Positions 17,665 to 26,612 of a stretch of 64,000 nt of DNA are shown in pieces. The number at the start of each line of letters is the position of its first letter. The stretch's first letter is position 1. Location: IMG/VR virus record IMGVR_UViG_3300027668_002455, positions 32,001 through 96,000 of that record, one strand, 5' to 3'. Under the pieces are notes generated by a model. The model made no database searches. It was not told the origin of the DNA and was given only the letters and a program-made list of their open reading frames with translations. A program made the position numbers and the translations under genes. This stretch comes from a virus.

Positions 17665-18806
17665 TATATTTTCTTAACTGCACAGATTTTCTCTTTTAGT
17701 ATAATCTCTAGGTGCTTTTCATAGCAAGCTAAAAAAGAGTCAATGGCGAATTGAGGCCTTTCGCTTGGGGTTTTATGCGGAGAACATAGGTAGTCATCAA
17801 AAATTAAAACGCCCCCTTTCTTTAGGAGGGGATAAGCATTAACTGCGTCCTCTAAAACTTGGTCACCATAGTGATCACCGTCGATATATATAATATCATA
17901 ACAATTTATCTCTTGATTTTTTCTGAAAAAGTCAGTACTTAAACTTTTAATTTTTTTTATTCTACCACCGTATTCTTTTGCGTTCTCGTCGAACCTGCCT
18001 TCATAGTCTTTATGGAGCTCACCGCCCAATACATACTCAGTGTTAAATGGGTCAACGCACTCTATGGTGGAATTGGGTATCATTTCTAGAAACCAACATG
18101 CTGAATAACCCTCAAAGCTTCCTATCTCTAGGATACGAGGGGAATCTGAAATTCTTAAAAGAAGTGGTTTTATTGTATAAAATAAATGTTTTTTAAACCA
18201 TACCTGTGTGAAGTTTTTCTTGGCATTTATTAGATCATTTTCTAGAGGGTGACTCTCCTGCCATGTCTTTTTTCGATATTCAAAAGTAGCTTCTTGGTCA
18301 TCAAGATATTGAATGAGATTTTTCTTGTCGATGGAATACCCTTTCTTTAGAAATTTTCGTAGACGTTTAACATTAGTGATAATCCATCTATCTGATTGTT
18401 GGGTCCTCACCAGTTTTTTTTCTTTTATGTGATCGAAAAAATCCACATGATGAAGGAACTCAAGATTGGTGTCAAGGGCGGCTGCGCATACAGTATAGTC
18501 AAAAAACTCCAACGTAGATTGCGGATTGTTTTCGATAACCATTAGACCATAAAGCTCATCATCGTTTCTGCCGAGGCTGCAGTTGTTGGGGTGCTTTCTT
18601 AGTATCCTAAATCCTTTGCTAATAAGAAAATTCTGAGCCTTTAATTGATCATCGGTTGTTTTAAAGAAGAGGTCTATATCATTGCGTTTTTCGTCAAGAA
18701 AGAAGTCTCTTATCGCTCCACCAGCTATCCAACAATATATATCTAAATCGCGAAACTGGCTAAGATACTCATCAAAGTAGGTTTTTAATTCTTCAACACT
18801 CTTCAT
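17664..18806 (-). CDS. Fusion of a CCA/poly(A)-polymerase-like nucleotidyltransferase and a class I SAM methyltransferase
   Basis: N-terminal GGAIRD..DIDLF..DYT; C-terminal LEIGSFEG, CVDPF, IYIDGDH, FDDY. Confidence 0.7.
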   Translation of the reverse strand: MKSVEELKTYFDEYLSQFRDLDIYCWIAGGAIRDFFLDEKRNDIDLFFKTTDDQLKAQNFLISKGFRILRKHPNNCSLGRNDDELYGLMVIENNPQSTLEFFDYTVCAAALDTNLEFLHHVDFFDHIKEKKLVRTQQSDRWIITNVKRLRKFLKKGYSIDKKNLIQYLDDQEATFEYRKKTWQESHPLENDLINAKKNFTQVWFKKHLFYTIKPLLLRISDSPRILEIGSFEGYSACWFLEMIPNSTIECVDPFNTEYVLGGELHKDYEGRFDENAKEYGGRIKKIKSLSTDFFRKNQEINCYDIIYIDGDHYGDQVLEDAVNAYPLLKKGGVLIFDDYLCSPHKTPSERPQFAIDSFLACYEKHLEIILKEKICAVKKI

Positions 18807-19414
18807 AATATTTTATTCATGAAAGAGCGCATCTGCCAGTGCGGTCTTACTTCTTTATCATCTTGAACTTGAATTGCCATCATGGGATTAATTAGATACA
18901 TTTTAAAATCATTTAGAAAATAAAAAACATCTATCTGTCCCTTTGAGTGTCCCCTGAAGGTCGAGTCATCACCTTTAAAGGCTAGTATTTTGTCAAATGC
19001 GTTCCCATTAATAGCGTAAGCGTGGGTGAACCATAGTTTTACAGAGCATAAATTTTCTTCTATATCTTCGAGTTTTTCTTCTATTTTTCCCCCTAGATAA
19101 AAAAGCTCCCAATCATGTTTTTTAAGGTTTTCTAATGAATCTAATAAGTGCTTCATGTCCCTGCTAAGCATACAAAAGTCATCTTCAAATATAAATATAT
19201 TTTTTACTCCTTCGCCTTTTGCTTTTCTAACGCACAATTGGTGAGATAGGAAGCAGCCAGTAATGTTCTTGCCATTTTTGACTCCCTGAATGCGTTCCGT
19301 CCTGTCGTAAATACCTAGTAGCTTTAATTGCTTAACAGCCATTTTCCAGCGGAAGCTGTTCTCATCCATGCTTATGCAGTAGATTCTATCAAAAAAATCA
19401 AATGGATTGTTCAT
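18803..19414 (-). CDS. Glycosyltransferase family 25
   Basis: IYCIS...R, GCFLSH, FEDD, THAYAI. Confidence 0.8.
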   Translation of the reverse strand: MNNPFDFFDRIYCISMDENSFRWKMAVKQLKLLGIYDRTERIQGVKNGKNITGCFLSHQLCVRKAKGEGVKNIFIFEDDFCMLSRDMKHLLDSLENLKKHDWELFYLGGKIEEKLEDIEENLCSVKLWFTHAYAINGNAFDKILAFKGDDSTFRGHSKGQIDVFYFLNDFKMYLINPMMAIQVQDDKEVRPHWQMRSFMNKIL

Positions 19415-20145
19415 ACCTTGTAGTCTATTTTTATGAAATCTTTATGTATAAAATAAGCTTCATGAAGAGTTCTATTATATGGATTATCAACCCTAATATA
19501 TCCATTGTCTTTTATTAGATTTGTAAGTATCCTGTAGGTGTTTCCGCCCATCTCAATAGACATGGCTTTAAATTTGTAGCGATCAAAGGGAAATGCTTTT
19601 AAAATCTCAAGCTCTGATCTTTCGACATCTAGAGCAAAGTAGTCGATTACAGTAGGGGCTTTGCACTCATCTAGGACCTTGGCAAGAGTGGTTGTTTTTA
19701 TGGGGAAAGACTCGTGTGCATCGGTCTCTTGGTTAGCGTATCTTCGGAGCTTACCAAAGTTTTTCTTTATACCACTGCACCCTTTATATTTTTCGTATTC
19801 AACGAATTCTGTTTCCCCTTCAACTGAGTCGAGGCACACGTTGATGCACATGTCTCGTGGGCGATTTTCTACACACTGTTCATAAAGTGCGGGGATGGGT
19901 TCAATTAGAACCCCACTCCATTCGTAATCTCTCTCTAGTAAGTAGGTACAACCATATGCTCCGTTGTTCGCCCCACATTCTACATAAAATCCACCCGTCG
20001 CACCCTTGAACACCTCTTCTATGATCCAGATATCATTGTGAGTTGGAACATTTTTAGAAAACTCAGAAACTCCGTCAATCCACAGTGGTGGCTTAAGGTT
20101 CTCTGGTGGGATATCCCAATCCCTTCTTTTGCTCATATAATTCAC
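19411..20145 (-). CDS. FkbM-family methyltransferase
   Basis: YVECGANNG, W.GVLIEP, IDYFALDVE.SE. Confidence 0.85.
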   Translation of the reverse strand: MNYMSKRRDWDIPPENLKPPLWIDGVSEFSKNVPTHNDIWIIEEVFKGATGGFYVECGANNGAYGCTYLLERDYEWSGVLIEPIPALYEQCVENRPRDMCINVCLDSVEGETEFVEYEKYKGCSGIKKNFGKLRRYANQETDAHESFPIKTTTLAKVLDECKAPTVIDYFALDVERSELEILKAFPFDRYKFKAMSIEMGGNTYRILTNLIKDNGYIRVDNPYNRTLHEAYFIHKDFIKIDYKV

Positions 20146-21218
20146 AGAGATTTATATATTTCACTACTTGTAAATGCCTCTCTAAAGAACTCTCCGGACA
20201 GCTTCTCTCTCATCGGACACTCCTTAAGATACCGGTGTGTCTTAAGGATTAAATCCATATCAAAAGATTTCTGGACAGCCTCCTCTGGGTGAGTGAAGTA
20301 GAAGGGGTACTCTTTGCCTAAATATTCAATAACAGGGGGGATGGGTGGTGCTAGTATGGGTGTTGCTCTGGCGATAGCCTCAATGACAGAGTTGCTGGCA
20401 CTGCAAGTGTAAACATCCATAAATACAATGTTTTCCGAAAACATATCATCATACTCTTCATCGGTGAGTTGATAGAGCTCTTCAACATGAGACGTAGACT
20501 CGTGCGAAAAATAATCAAAGGCTAGTCTCGCTTGTTGGTCGTACTTTAGTTCATGTTTTCTTAAGTTCTCCACAAAGCGATGGGGAGGGCTGTTCTCCTC
20601 GTAAGGAAGCACTTTGGTCTTTGTATAAATTTGATTATCAATAGGAAGTGAGTAGATGGAATTTACTTTTCTAAGCCAGTACCCCACATTGAGAAGTCTT
20701 TTTCTGGGATTTCGCAAAAAGTTATCAAAATCAAATTGCTTTTCTGGAATCTCACTTGGGTGGTAAAGCGTCTCTATTGGGACGTCTAGGTTGGCTCGAC
20801 AAAATTCAGCGTGATGTTCTGAGAGGGTGAAGATACCTTTGCACTCTTTAATGCTTTCCTTGAACTCGGGGCTGTTGATCATTACCTCAGGCATACCCTT
20901 GACCCCGAACCACCAAGGATAACTTTGTGGGTTATGAAAGAATCCAATCCAAGGATTTGTGAAGGGGATTATTTTCTTTTCTATGCACTCCTGATTTCTC
21001 CATGAGAACTCATTCTCTAGAAACCCGTAGAATTCAATGCCTTCAGAATTATGGAGCGGGGCAAGTGACATCATGGCATAATTCCAGCCACTCCTGTGGG
21101 TTGTAAAGGTCGGTTGCTCTGTTAGCTTTATTTTGCCATTAGGGTTTTCTTCTAGGACAGTGGTTGACTCTTGGCCCCACTCATTAACCGTCCTTCTTTT
21201 GGTTTTAATGTTTTCCAT
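20142..21218 (-). CDS. Hypothetical protein, possibly GT-B-like
   Basis: Long ORF; NSVIEAIARATP motif resembles the GT-B donor-binding region. Confidence 0.5.
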   Translation of the reverse strand: MENIKTKRRTVNEWGQESTTVLEENPNGKIKLTEQPTFTTHRSGWNYAMMSLAPLHNSEGIEFYGFLENEFSWRNQECIEKKIIPFTNPWIGFFHNPQSYPWWFGVKGMPEVMINSPEFKESIKECKGIFTLSEHHAEFCRANLDVPIETLYHPSEIPEKQFDFDNFLRNPRKRLLNVGYWLRKVNSIYSLPIDNQIYTKTKVLPYEENSPPHRFVENLRKHELKYDQQARLAFDYFSHESTSHVEELYQLTDEEYDDMFSENIVFMDVYTCSASNSVIEAIARATPILAPPIPPVIEYLGKEYPFYFTHPEEAVQKSFDMDLILKTHRYLKECPMREKLSGEFFREAFTSSEIYKSL

Positions 21219-21408
21219 ATTCTAATGACCTTACATCATACAAATCAACAGTGACGTGCTCTTGTGAACCCTTCTCCTGTACTGTGAGAGTGTCCTCATT
21301 AATAACATCTACCACTACGGCTTCAAAGGTCGGCCTCTGGGTTTGTGTGACTAGGACTCTTTGTCCTATCATCTTTTTATTATATTTTATTTTCTCTTTA
21401 GAATTCAT
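21205..21408 (-). CDS. Hypothetical small beta-barrel-like protein
   Basis: ORF in operon. Confidence 0.5.
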   Translation of the reverse strand: MNSKEKIKYNKKMIGQRVLVTQTQRPTFEAVVVDVINEDTLTVQEKGSQEHVTVDLYDVRSLEYGKH

Positions 21409-21685
21409 TAAGTACCTCTCCGTTAAATGAAACTATAACTTTCTCTACTTCGCTAACCTGTTTTATCTTTAGCTGCTCATCCTCGTCAAAAGAGGTTGCT
21501 ATTAAACAGTACCCCCTCACTGCTTGATCTTTCCGTTGAGCTCTGTTGCACGGGCAACCGGAAGGAAGCCCGTGGACAAGGGAGACAAAGGCTCGCCTTA
21601 CATGGTCAGGCTCTTTACCGAGACTGTTAATAACAGATATCATCTCTGCCAGATTGGAAACATAAAGAGTATTATCTTCTTTCAT
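21398..21685 (-). CDS. Hypothetical protein (GCPC motif)
   Basis: ORF with overlaps at both ends. Confidence 0.5.
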   Translation of the reverse strand: MKEDNTLYVSNLAEMISVINSLGKEPDHVRRAFVSLVHGLPSGCPCNRAQRKDQAVRGYCLIATSFDEDEQLKIKQVSEVEKVIVSFNGEVLNEF

Positions 21686-22044
21686 GTCTTTGAGATTCTG
21701 TTAAGAGTAAAATAGGACATGAGACTCAATAAGTAAAGGGGACAAATATAAATCAGACCTATTACTAGGGATATAAACAGGCAGTACCATGCGGCTAGGC
21801 ATAGCGGGCAGGTTACTAATTTTATTATGAAATTGCTTTTCGTGCAAGCCAGAAAAGAAATATAAGTAGCATCTATATCAACATTCAGGACATAATCCTC
21901 ATATTCCTTAATAAGGAGAACACCGTCTAGCTTCAGGAGCTTTCCGTATTCTACCACCACATTAGTGTTAAACCACACAATTAACACTGAGGTAATAAAG
22001 GAACTAAAAAGCAACAATATCTCTATATCTAATAACTTAAACAA
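21682..22044 (-). CDS. Membrane protein with a CPxC motif (DUF1360-like)
   Basis: TM helices, LVTCPLCLAAW. Confidence 0.55.
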   Translation of the reverse strand: MFKLLDIEILLLFSSFITSVLIVWFNTNVVVEYGKLLKLDGVLLIKEYEDYVLNVDIDATYISFLACTKSNFIIKLVTCPLCLAAWYCLFISLVIGLIYICPLYLLSLMSYFTLNRISKT

Positions 22045-22111
22045 CTTATCAATTATATAAGGTTAACAACTAATTTAACAAAATTTTGTTTTAAGTGTCA
22101 TAACTTTTCTC

Positions 22112-22503
22112 GGAACATGAAAGACACAGTACCCCCCCAATAAAGGAGGATACTGTATTCAAGTGTGTGTCTTTAAACTTTTCTTCGGCCCCTTTAAATT
22201 TTTAATGCAGAGAGGATTTGAAACTCTGCGACACGAATACTGACGATTAAAAATCGTAACGGTCTACCATTTAGATGATGGCGGGAGGGAATGTGCGTAA
22301 AAACTCCACTTACAACCGTCTACCACAACACGCTGGGCATTGCCATAGTAGTTAACTATGATTCCTTGTTCCTGTGTATTTGCAAACAGGAGGCTATCCC
22401 TTGATTTGGAAGTAAGCCAACTCCCACCCTACTGTATTCAGTCATCTTAGGAAAACTCCACTGATTTCTCTCAGCGAGATTAAAAAGGATTCTACCTTTT
22501 TTC
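22112..22503 (+). ncRNA. Candidate structured ncRNA, unassigned family
   Basis: Largest ORF-free gap; 9 or more stems including nested long-range pairings; most G-U pairs favour the + strand; ends in a hairpin with a T-run. Boundaries are approximate. Confidence 0.5.
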
Positions 22504-22506
22504 TAC

Positions 22507-22710
22507 TTAAGTATTATCTCTTAACCATTTTGCTGTCAACTCTTCTTTTACTGTAATTGTATCTCCCCCAAGCATCACTAGGTTAGTCCCAGTGCCCGTC
22601 ATCACGTGGTGGTAGAGAACGTTTTCACAATTTACCACGACTAAGTTGTCACTTATATCGGTAAGCTCCAGCATCAAGATGGGCTGGCTTGTTGAATATA
22701 CATCAGACAT
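22507..22710 (-). CDS. Hypothetical protein (FlbD-like small beta protein)
   Basis: ORF behind TTGACA-N16-TAATAT; ...GDTITVKE motif. Confidence 0.5.
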   Translation of the reverse strand: MSDVYSTSQPILMLELTDISDNLVVVNCENVLYHHVMTGTGTNLVMLGGDTITVKEELTAKWLRDNT

Positions 22711-22754
22711 AATATTTATATATTAATTTTTTCTTTGGGTTTGTCAAAAATTTA

Positions 22755-23249
22755 TTAAACGCCGGTACTACCAAACCCACCGGTTCCCCTCACTGACTCG
22801 GCAAGATCAGGCACCTCCCCCCATTCGGCGTCATGGTATTTTTCGATTATTAACTGAGCAACCCTAGACCCGTGCGAGAATTCAATGGTACTACGAGAAC
22901 CAAAGTGGGATTCATAAGAATTAACTGTGTTTCTTTTGTGCTCGGGAACAAATAATTCTTCTGGTAAATTTAAATTGATTAAAACTACGCTGATTTCCCC
23001 CCGATAACCCGAGTCTATCACCCCACCAAGGACGTCTAAACCAAACCTTACTGCGAGCCCACTGCGGGGGGCTATTCTTCCATAGTACCCGTGAGGTATC
23101 TCGACAGCGATACCTGTCGGAACCTGAACCCTCGCCATGGGGGGAATAACTATACGTGATAAACACGACAAATCATAACCAGCATCCCCGTAGCCGCCCC
23201 GAACTGGGGCTCGGGCGTCGGGGTTAAGTTTTTGAAAATTAATTTTCAT
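22755..23249 (-). CDS. dut: Trimeric dUTPase
   Basis: AGYDL, PRSG, GVIDSGYRGEI, RVAQL, RGTGGFGSTG; start revised to 23249. Confidence 0.95.
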   Translation of the reverse strand: MKINFQKLNPDARAPVRGGYGDAGYDLSCLSRIVIPPMARVQVPTGIAVEIPHGYYGRIAPRSGLAVRFGLDVLGGVIDSGYRGEISVVLINLNLPEELFVPEHKRNTVNSYESHFGSRSTIEFSHGSRVAQLIIEKYHDAEWGEVPDLAESVRGTGGFGSTGV

Positions 23250-24120
23250 CCGTAACGGCCCTCCCCTTATCATTTTCCCAATCTTTTTCGGGCCTATCAA
23301 TAATTTCATTTCTATAAACAGCACCACGGATAATATGGCTTTCCTTGCCGCCTGTTTTCTCTATAAGCTTTAACAGGGAATTAATATCCTTAGGAAAACA
23401 CGTACCCCCATAGCCCTTTTTACCGTCTGGTCCCGGAACTTGTGTGTGACTTGGGCCGATCCTATCGTCCATCCCCATTAACTGCGCCACCGCGTTGTAA
23501 TTGATGTGCATAGATTGGCACCAATCATAAATTTCATTACAAAAAGAAACCTTTGTTGCCAAAAAAGAATTTCTGACAAGCTTCGCGGCTTCTGCCTCGC
23601 GCGTAGATGCCCATACTAAATTTGCTCCTTGTATTTTTTTATTTCTCTTTGCCGTAACAAAGATTTTACGTAGTATGACTTTGAGAAGTTCGACATCCTC
23701 ACCCGGTTTGGGACTGTCTAATCCGATAATCCAATCTTTATTATTCCTAAAATCATCCTCCCAAAGACTTTCAGTTAAAAACTCTGGCATGAAAGCTACC
23801 CCGAGTCGCTCGCAAGTTCCGACTGGAACAGTGGAGCGAACAACTATGCCCGTAACCCCGATATCTTTGAGGTCCCCGACGACGCTTTCTACGATTCGAG
23901 TGTCACAGGCACCATCTTTCAGTGCTGGTGTCGGGACGCAAACAAAAACCACATCACACATCACGAGGTCTTTCATTTGTAAATCAGATGGAACGCGCTT
24001 GTTCTCATCAATATCATAAACTAAAATGAGATTGTCGTCTAAATCAGCCGCATCATCGCGACAACCCAAAAGCTTCGTGGCTTTTCCTACATATCCATGT
24101 CCTACAATTCCGATGTTCAT
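23239..24120 (-). CDS. UDP-glucose/GDP-mannose 6-dehydrogenase family
   Basis: GHGYVG, CVPTP, RSTVPVG, PEFL, GYGGTCFPKD. Confidence 0.9.
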   Translation of the reverse strand: MNIGIVGHGYVGKATKLLGCRDDAADLDDNLILVYDIDENKRVPSDLQMKDLVMCDVVFVCVPTPALKDGACDTRIVESVVGDLKDIGVTGIVVRSTVPVGTCERLGVAFMPEFLTESLWEDDFRNNKDWIIGLDSPKPGEDVELLKVILRKIFVTAKRNKKIQGANLVWASTREAEAAKLVRNSFLATKVSFCNEIYDWCQSMHINYNAVAQLMGMDDRIGPSHTQVPGPDGKKGYGGTCFPKDINSLLKLIEKTGGKESHIIRGAVYRNEIIDRPEKDWENDKGRAVTDEN

Positions 24121-24536
24121 AATATTTTTAATATACTCTTTAAGTTTATACCTAAATCTTTGCAAATTTCCAAAGAAGAATAATCATTTTGATAAACTTC
24201 CTCAAAAACTATGTTTTGAATACCATAGGCAGCTATAGAGCGCAAGCACTCATTGCAAGGGAGATGGGTAGAGGCTAGTAAATAACCTTCGTTTGGGCGA
24301 ACATACCTCAATGCATTTATCTCTGCATGAATTACCCGTTTTCGCCTTTCATCCCTGTCAGTCCAGTCAATTTCTATACCCTGTGGTGCACCATTGTATC
24401 CTAATCCCACCACGCTCTTGTCTCGCCGCAAGACACAAGCCCCAACCCTAAGGTATGGATCTTCACTTCTCCGAGCGGCCACCTTTGCTAAGTCTAGGGC
24501 ATAAGCTTCCCAAGATAATCTTTTCTTTTTTTTCAT
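24117..24536 (-). CDS. dCMP deaminase
   Basis: RSED..VGAC, GYNG, HAE, PCNEC. Confidence 0.9.
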   Translation of the reverse strand: MKKKKRLSWEAYALDLAKVAARRSEDPYLRVGACVLRRDKSVVGLGYNGAPQGIEIDWTDRDERRKRVIHAEINALRYVRPNEGYLLASTHLPCNECLRSIAAYGIQNIVFEEVYQNDYSSLEICKDLGINLKSILKIL

Positions 24537-24541
24537 TTTAT

Positions 24542-24576
24542 AAAAAAAAAGGCGACGGCCCTAAAGCTGTCGCCTT
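24542..24576 (-). terminator. Intrinsic terminator
   Basis: GGCGAC.GC / GC.GTCGCC stem followed by a 9-U tract on the minus strand. Confidence 0.75.
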
Positions 24577-24597
24577 AATTAAGTGGGCTAATAGATA

Positions 24598-24879
24598 TTA
24601 TTTTTTGTCAAAGTCGGGGTCAGGAGACCCAGCGGCAGTGAGATTAGCAGTGGGGCAATAAACAATAGTGGGGCGACCCATTACCTTGCGCCTAACGCCG
24701 ACACGTCGAAGCTGGCCCCTTTCAACCGCTTTATTTACCTTCAGCTGTACGGATACAGCAGAAAGCTTACCGTCAAGAGTTTGATAAACATCATTTACGG
24801 TAAAATTGCTAGCTGGCCATGCTACATCATAGGACGGGCGGCCACGTTTAGGTTTGTTAGTTACTGTTGGATTTTCCAT
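24598..24879 (-). CDS. Small DNA-binding protein (AT-hook-like KRGRP plus winged-helix-like region)
   Basis: PKRGRP, GRP..VY; standalone promoter-gene-terminator unit. Confidence 0.6.
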   Translation of the reverse strand: MENPTVTNKPKRGRPSYDVAWPASNFTVNDVYQTLDGKLSAVSVQLKVNKAVERGQLRRVGVRRKVMGRPTIVYCPTANLTAAGSPDPDFDKK

Positions 24880-24887
24880 AGTAAAGA

Positions 24888-24953
24888 AGTATAGGTTATT
24901 TGTTTTTATAAGTCAATCTTTTTTTTGCTTTTTCCATATAAAAGGTTCATATT
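24888..24953. promoter_or_regulatory. Back-to-back sigma70 promoters at the strand switch
   Basis: Minus: TTGACT-N17-TATACT-N8-ATG. Plus: TTGCTT-N17-CATATT-N5-ATG. Confidence 0.7.
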
Positions 24954-24958
24954 AAAAT

Positions 24959-25378
24959 ATGACTATTTTAGATGCCTCTAGTAAACTTTTTGATTGGTTT
25001 TCACTAAGTGATAAATTTAACTTTGAAGAAGATATCCACAAGATTATACCTAAAGCAAAGAAGGAAGAAAAAGCCGCCCTCAAGTGTGCTCTTACAGAAT
25101 TTGAAGGCTTGGACATTGTAAAACGTACCGAAATTAACTCAGAAGAATACTGGGTTTTAAAGAAGGGCTTTCAGACCTTTGAGCAGGATGTTACTCTTTC
25201 TCCAAAAACGTCCATGTTGATATGCCAGTTAACCAATGCATTCTGTAAGGTTTTGGGGGTGGAAGATGAAGAGTGTGACCCCAAAGACATCAAAGAGATA
25301 GATATTAATAATTTAATTTTAATATGCTACCACTTCATTAACGAGACCGACGACACAACAGACCCATCCCAGAATTAA
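24959..25378 (+). CDS. Hypothetical protein
   Basis: First gene of the plus-strand block. Confidence 0.6.
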   Translation: MTILDASSKLFDWFSLSDKFNFEEDIHKIIPKAKKEEKAALKCALTEFEGLDIVKRTEINSEEYWVLKKGFQTFEQDVTLSPKTSMLICQLTNAFCKVLGVEDEECDPKDIKEIDINNLILICYHFINETDDTTDPSQN

Positions 25379-25380
25379 CA

Positions 25381-26040
25381 ATGAAAAGCCCTCTCTATAT
25401 TGGTTTAGGTGGCGTCGCGGGTAGTGGCAAGGATACTTTTTATTCTTATCTTAAAAAAGAATTAAATAAAAAAGAAATAAAAATTAAAAGATACTCTTTT
25501 GGTGATGAGTTAAAAAAAGAGGTAAATGAATGGACGACGACCCACTACGGCATAAGCTCACTCAAATGTACTCGGGAAGAAAAAGAGGTAATACGCCCCC
25601 TTTTAGTCACACACGGGAGTGTTAAGAGAAATAAAACCGAAGGACAATACTGGATTGAAAAAGTCAGCCAAGCAATTGACAGGGATGAAGAAAACCCTGA
25701 TGTTATTTGCATTACCGATGTACGTTATAATCATTATGATAATGACGAGGCTAGTTGGCTTAAAAATCTGGGAGGTATCTTAGTTTATGTTGGACGCATG
25801 GTAAAAAACCCAGAATCTTCTGGATGCCCATCCGTTGATGGGGTGATGTCCGAACTTAAACCAAAAAACACAGAAGAAATGACACATAACCCCAAGGTAA
25901 GAGGGGCAGCGGACTACACGTCTCTGATCAGAGACGTTAAAAAATCCCAAATTCCTGAGGTTTTTCAGGGAGAAATAAAAAAGTTAATGAAATGGATTAA
26001 AGAAGAAAGGGGTCCAGAATGGACGAGTCTACTGACCTAG
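25381..26040 (+). CDS. Deoxynucleoside monophosphate kinase (phage type)
   Basis: GVAGSGKDT, SFGDELK, YWI, ITDVRY.....NE-like motif. Confidence 0.8.
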   Translation: MKSPLYIGLGGVAGSGKDTFYSYLKKELNKKEIKIKRYSFGDELKKEVNEWTTTHYGISSLKCTREEKEVIRPLLVTHGSVKRNKTEGQYWIEKVSQAIDRDEENPDVICITDVRYNHYDNDEASWLKNLGGILVYVGRMVKNPESSGCPSVDGVMSELKPKNTEEMTHNPKVRGAADYTSLIRDVKKSQIPEVFQGEIKKLMKWIKEERGPEWTSLLT

Positions 26041-26612
26041 AATTAGCAAATAATGTAAAATCTAGATGTTGTGATAGAAGCTTAAAGGAGCTTATTCAAC
26101 GACACTCTGCTCTGTGTATTGATATTTATAAAAAATACACCCCAGCCCTATGCGCTTCAGGGGTTCCATACAGAGATATCTATGATGATAAAGACTACTT
26201 AGTTTACAAGTCAGCACTGACCTATAACCCCAACAAAAAAGCTAAATTTTCTACGTGGCTTGGTAATCAAGTCCGGTACCACTGCTTAAACACTATCAAT
26301 AAAAAAAATAAACTCGTGAGAATTGAAAGCAATGAAGAGCTTGATTATTTTGCAATGCAAGCTGAGATCTTAGAGGAAAAAAACTTTGACATAGAGATTG
26401 AATATGTTTTCTTAATCCTATCTAAACTAAAAGATCCTAGAATAAAGAAGGTATTTACGCTAAGATACTTTGGGTCTGACAAAAAGAGAATGCCGTGGGC
26501 ACAGATAGGGAAGGACATGGGGGTAAGTACCCAAACCGCCATAAACCTACACCGACGAGGCATTAAGATACTTAATAAGAAAATGAAATCAAATGACCCC
26601 GATATTATATGA
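26019..26612 (+). CDS. RNA polymerase sigma-70 family factor
   Basis: YNPNKKAKFSTW (region 2.3); LRY...IGKDMGVS...(region 4 HTH). Confidence 0.8.
   Translation: MDESTDLELANNVKSRCCDRSLKELIQRHSALCIDIYKKYTPALCASGVPYRDIYDDKDYLVYKSALTYNPNKKAKFSTWLGNQVRYHCLNTINKKNKLVRIESNEELDYFAMQAEILEEKNFDIEIEYVFLILSKLKDPRIKKVFTLRYFGSDKKRMPWAQIGKDMGVSTQTAINLHRRGIKILNKKMKSNDPDII

Noticed and set aside
21550-21575. SRP-like CCGGAAGGAAGC motif
   Set aside because: It lies antisense within a CDS (GLPSGC codons) and lacks the rest of the SRP helix.
22117-22243. Tiny ORFs MKDTVPPQ and MQRGFETLRHEY as leader peptides
   Set aside because: They are too short to support, and there is no downstream + strand gene to regulate.
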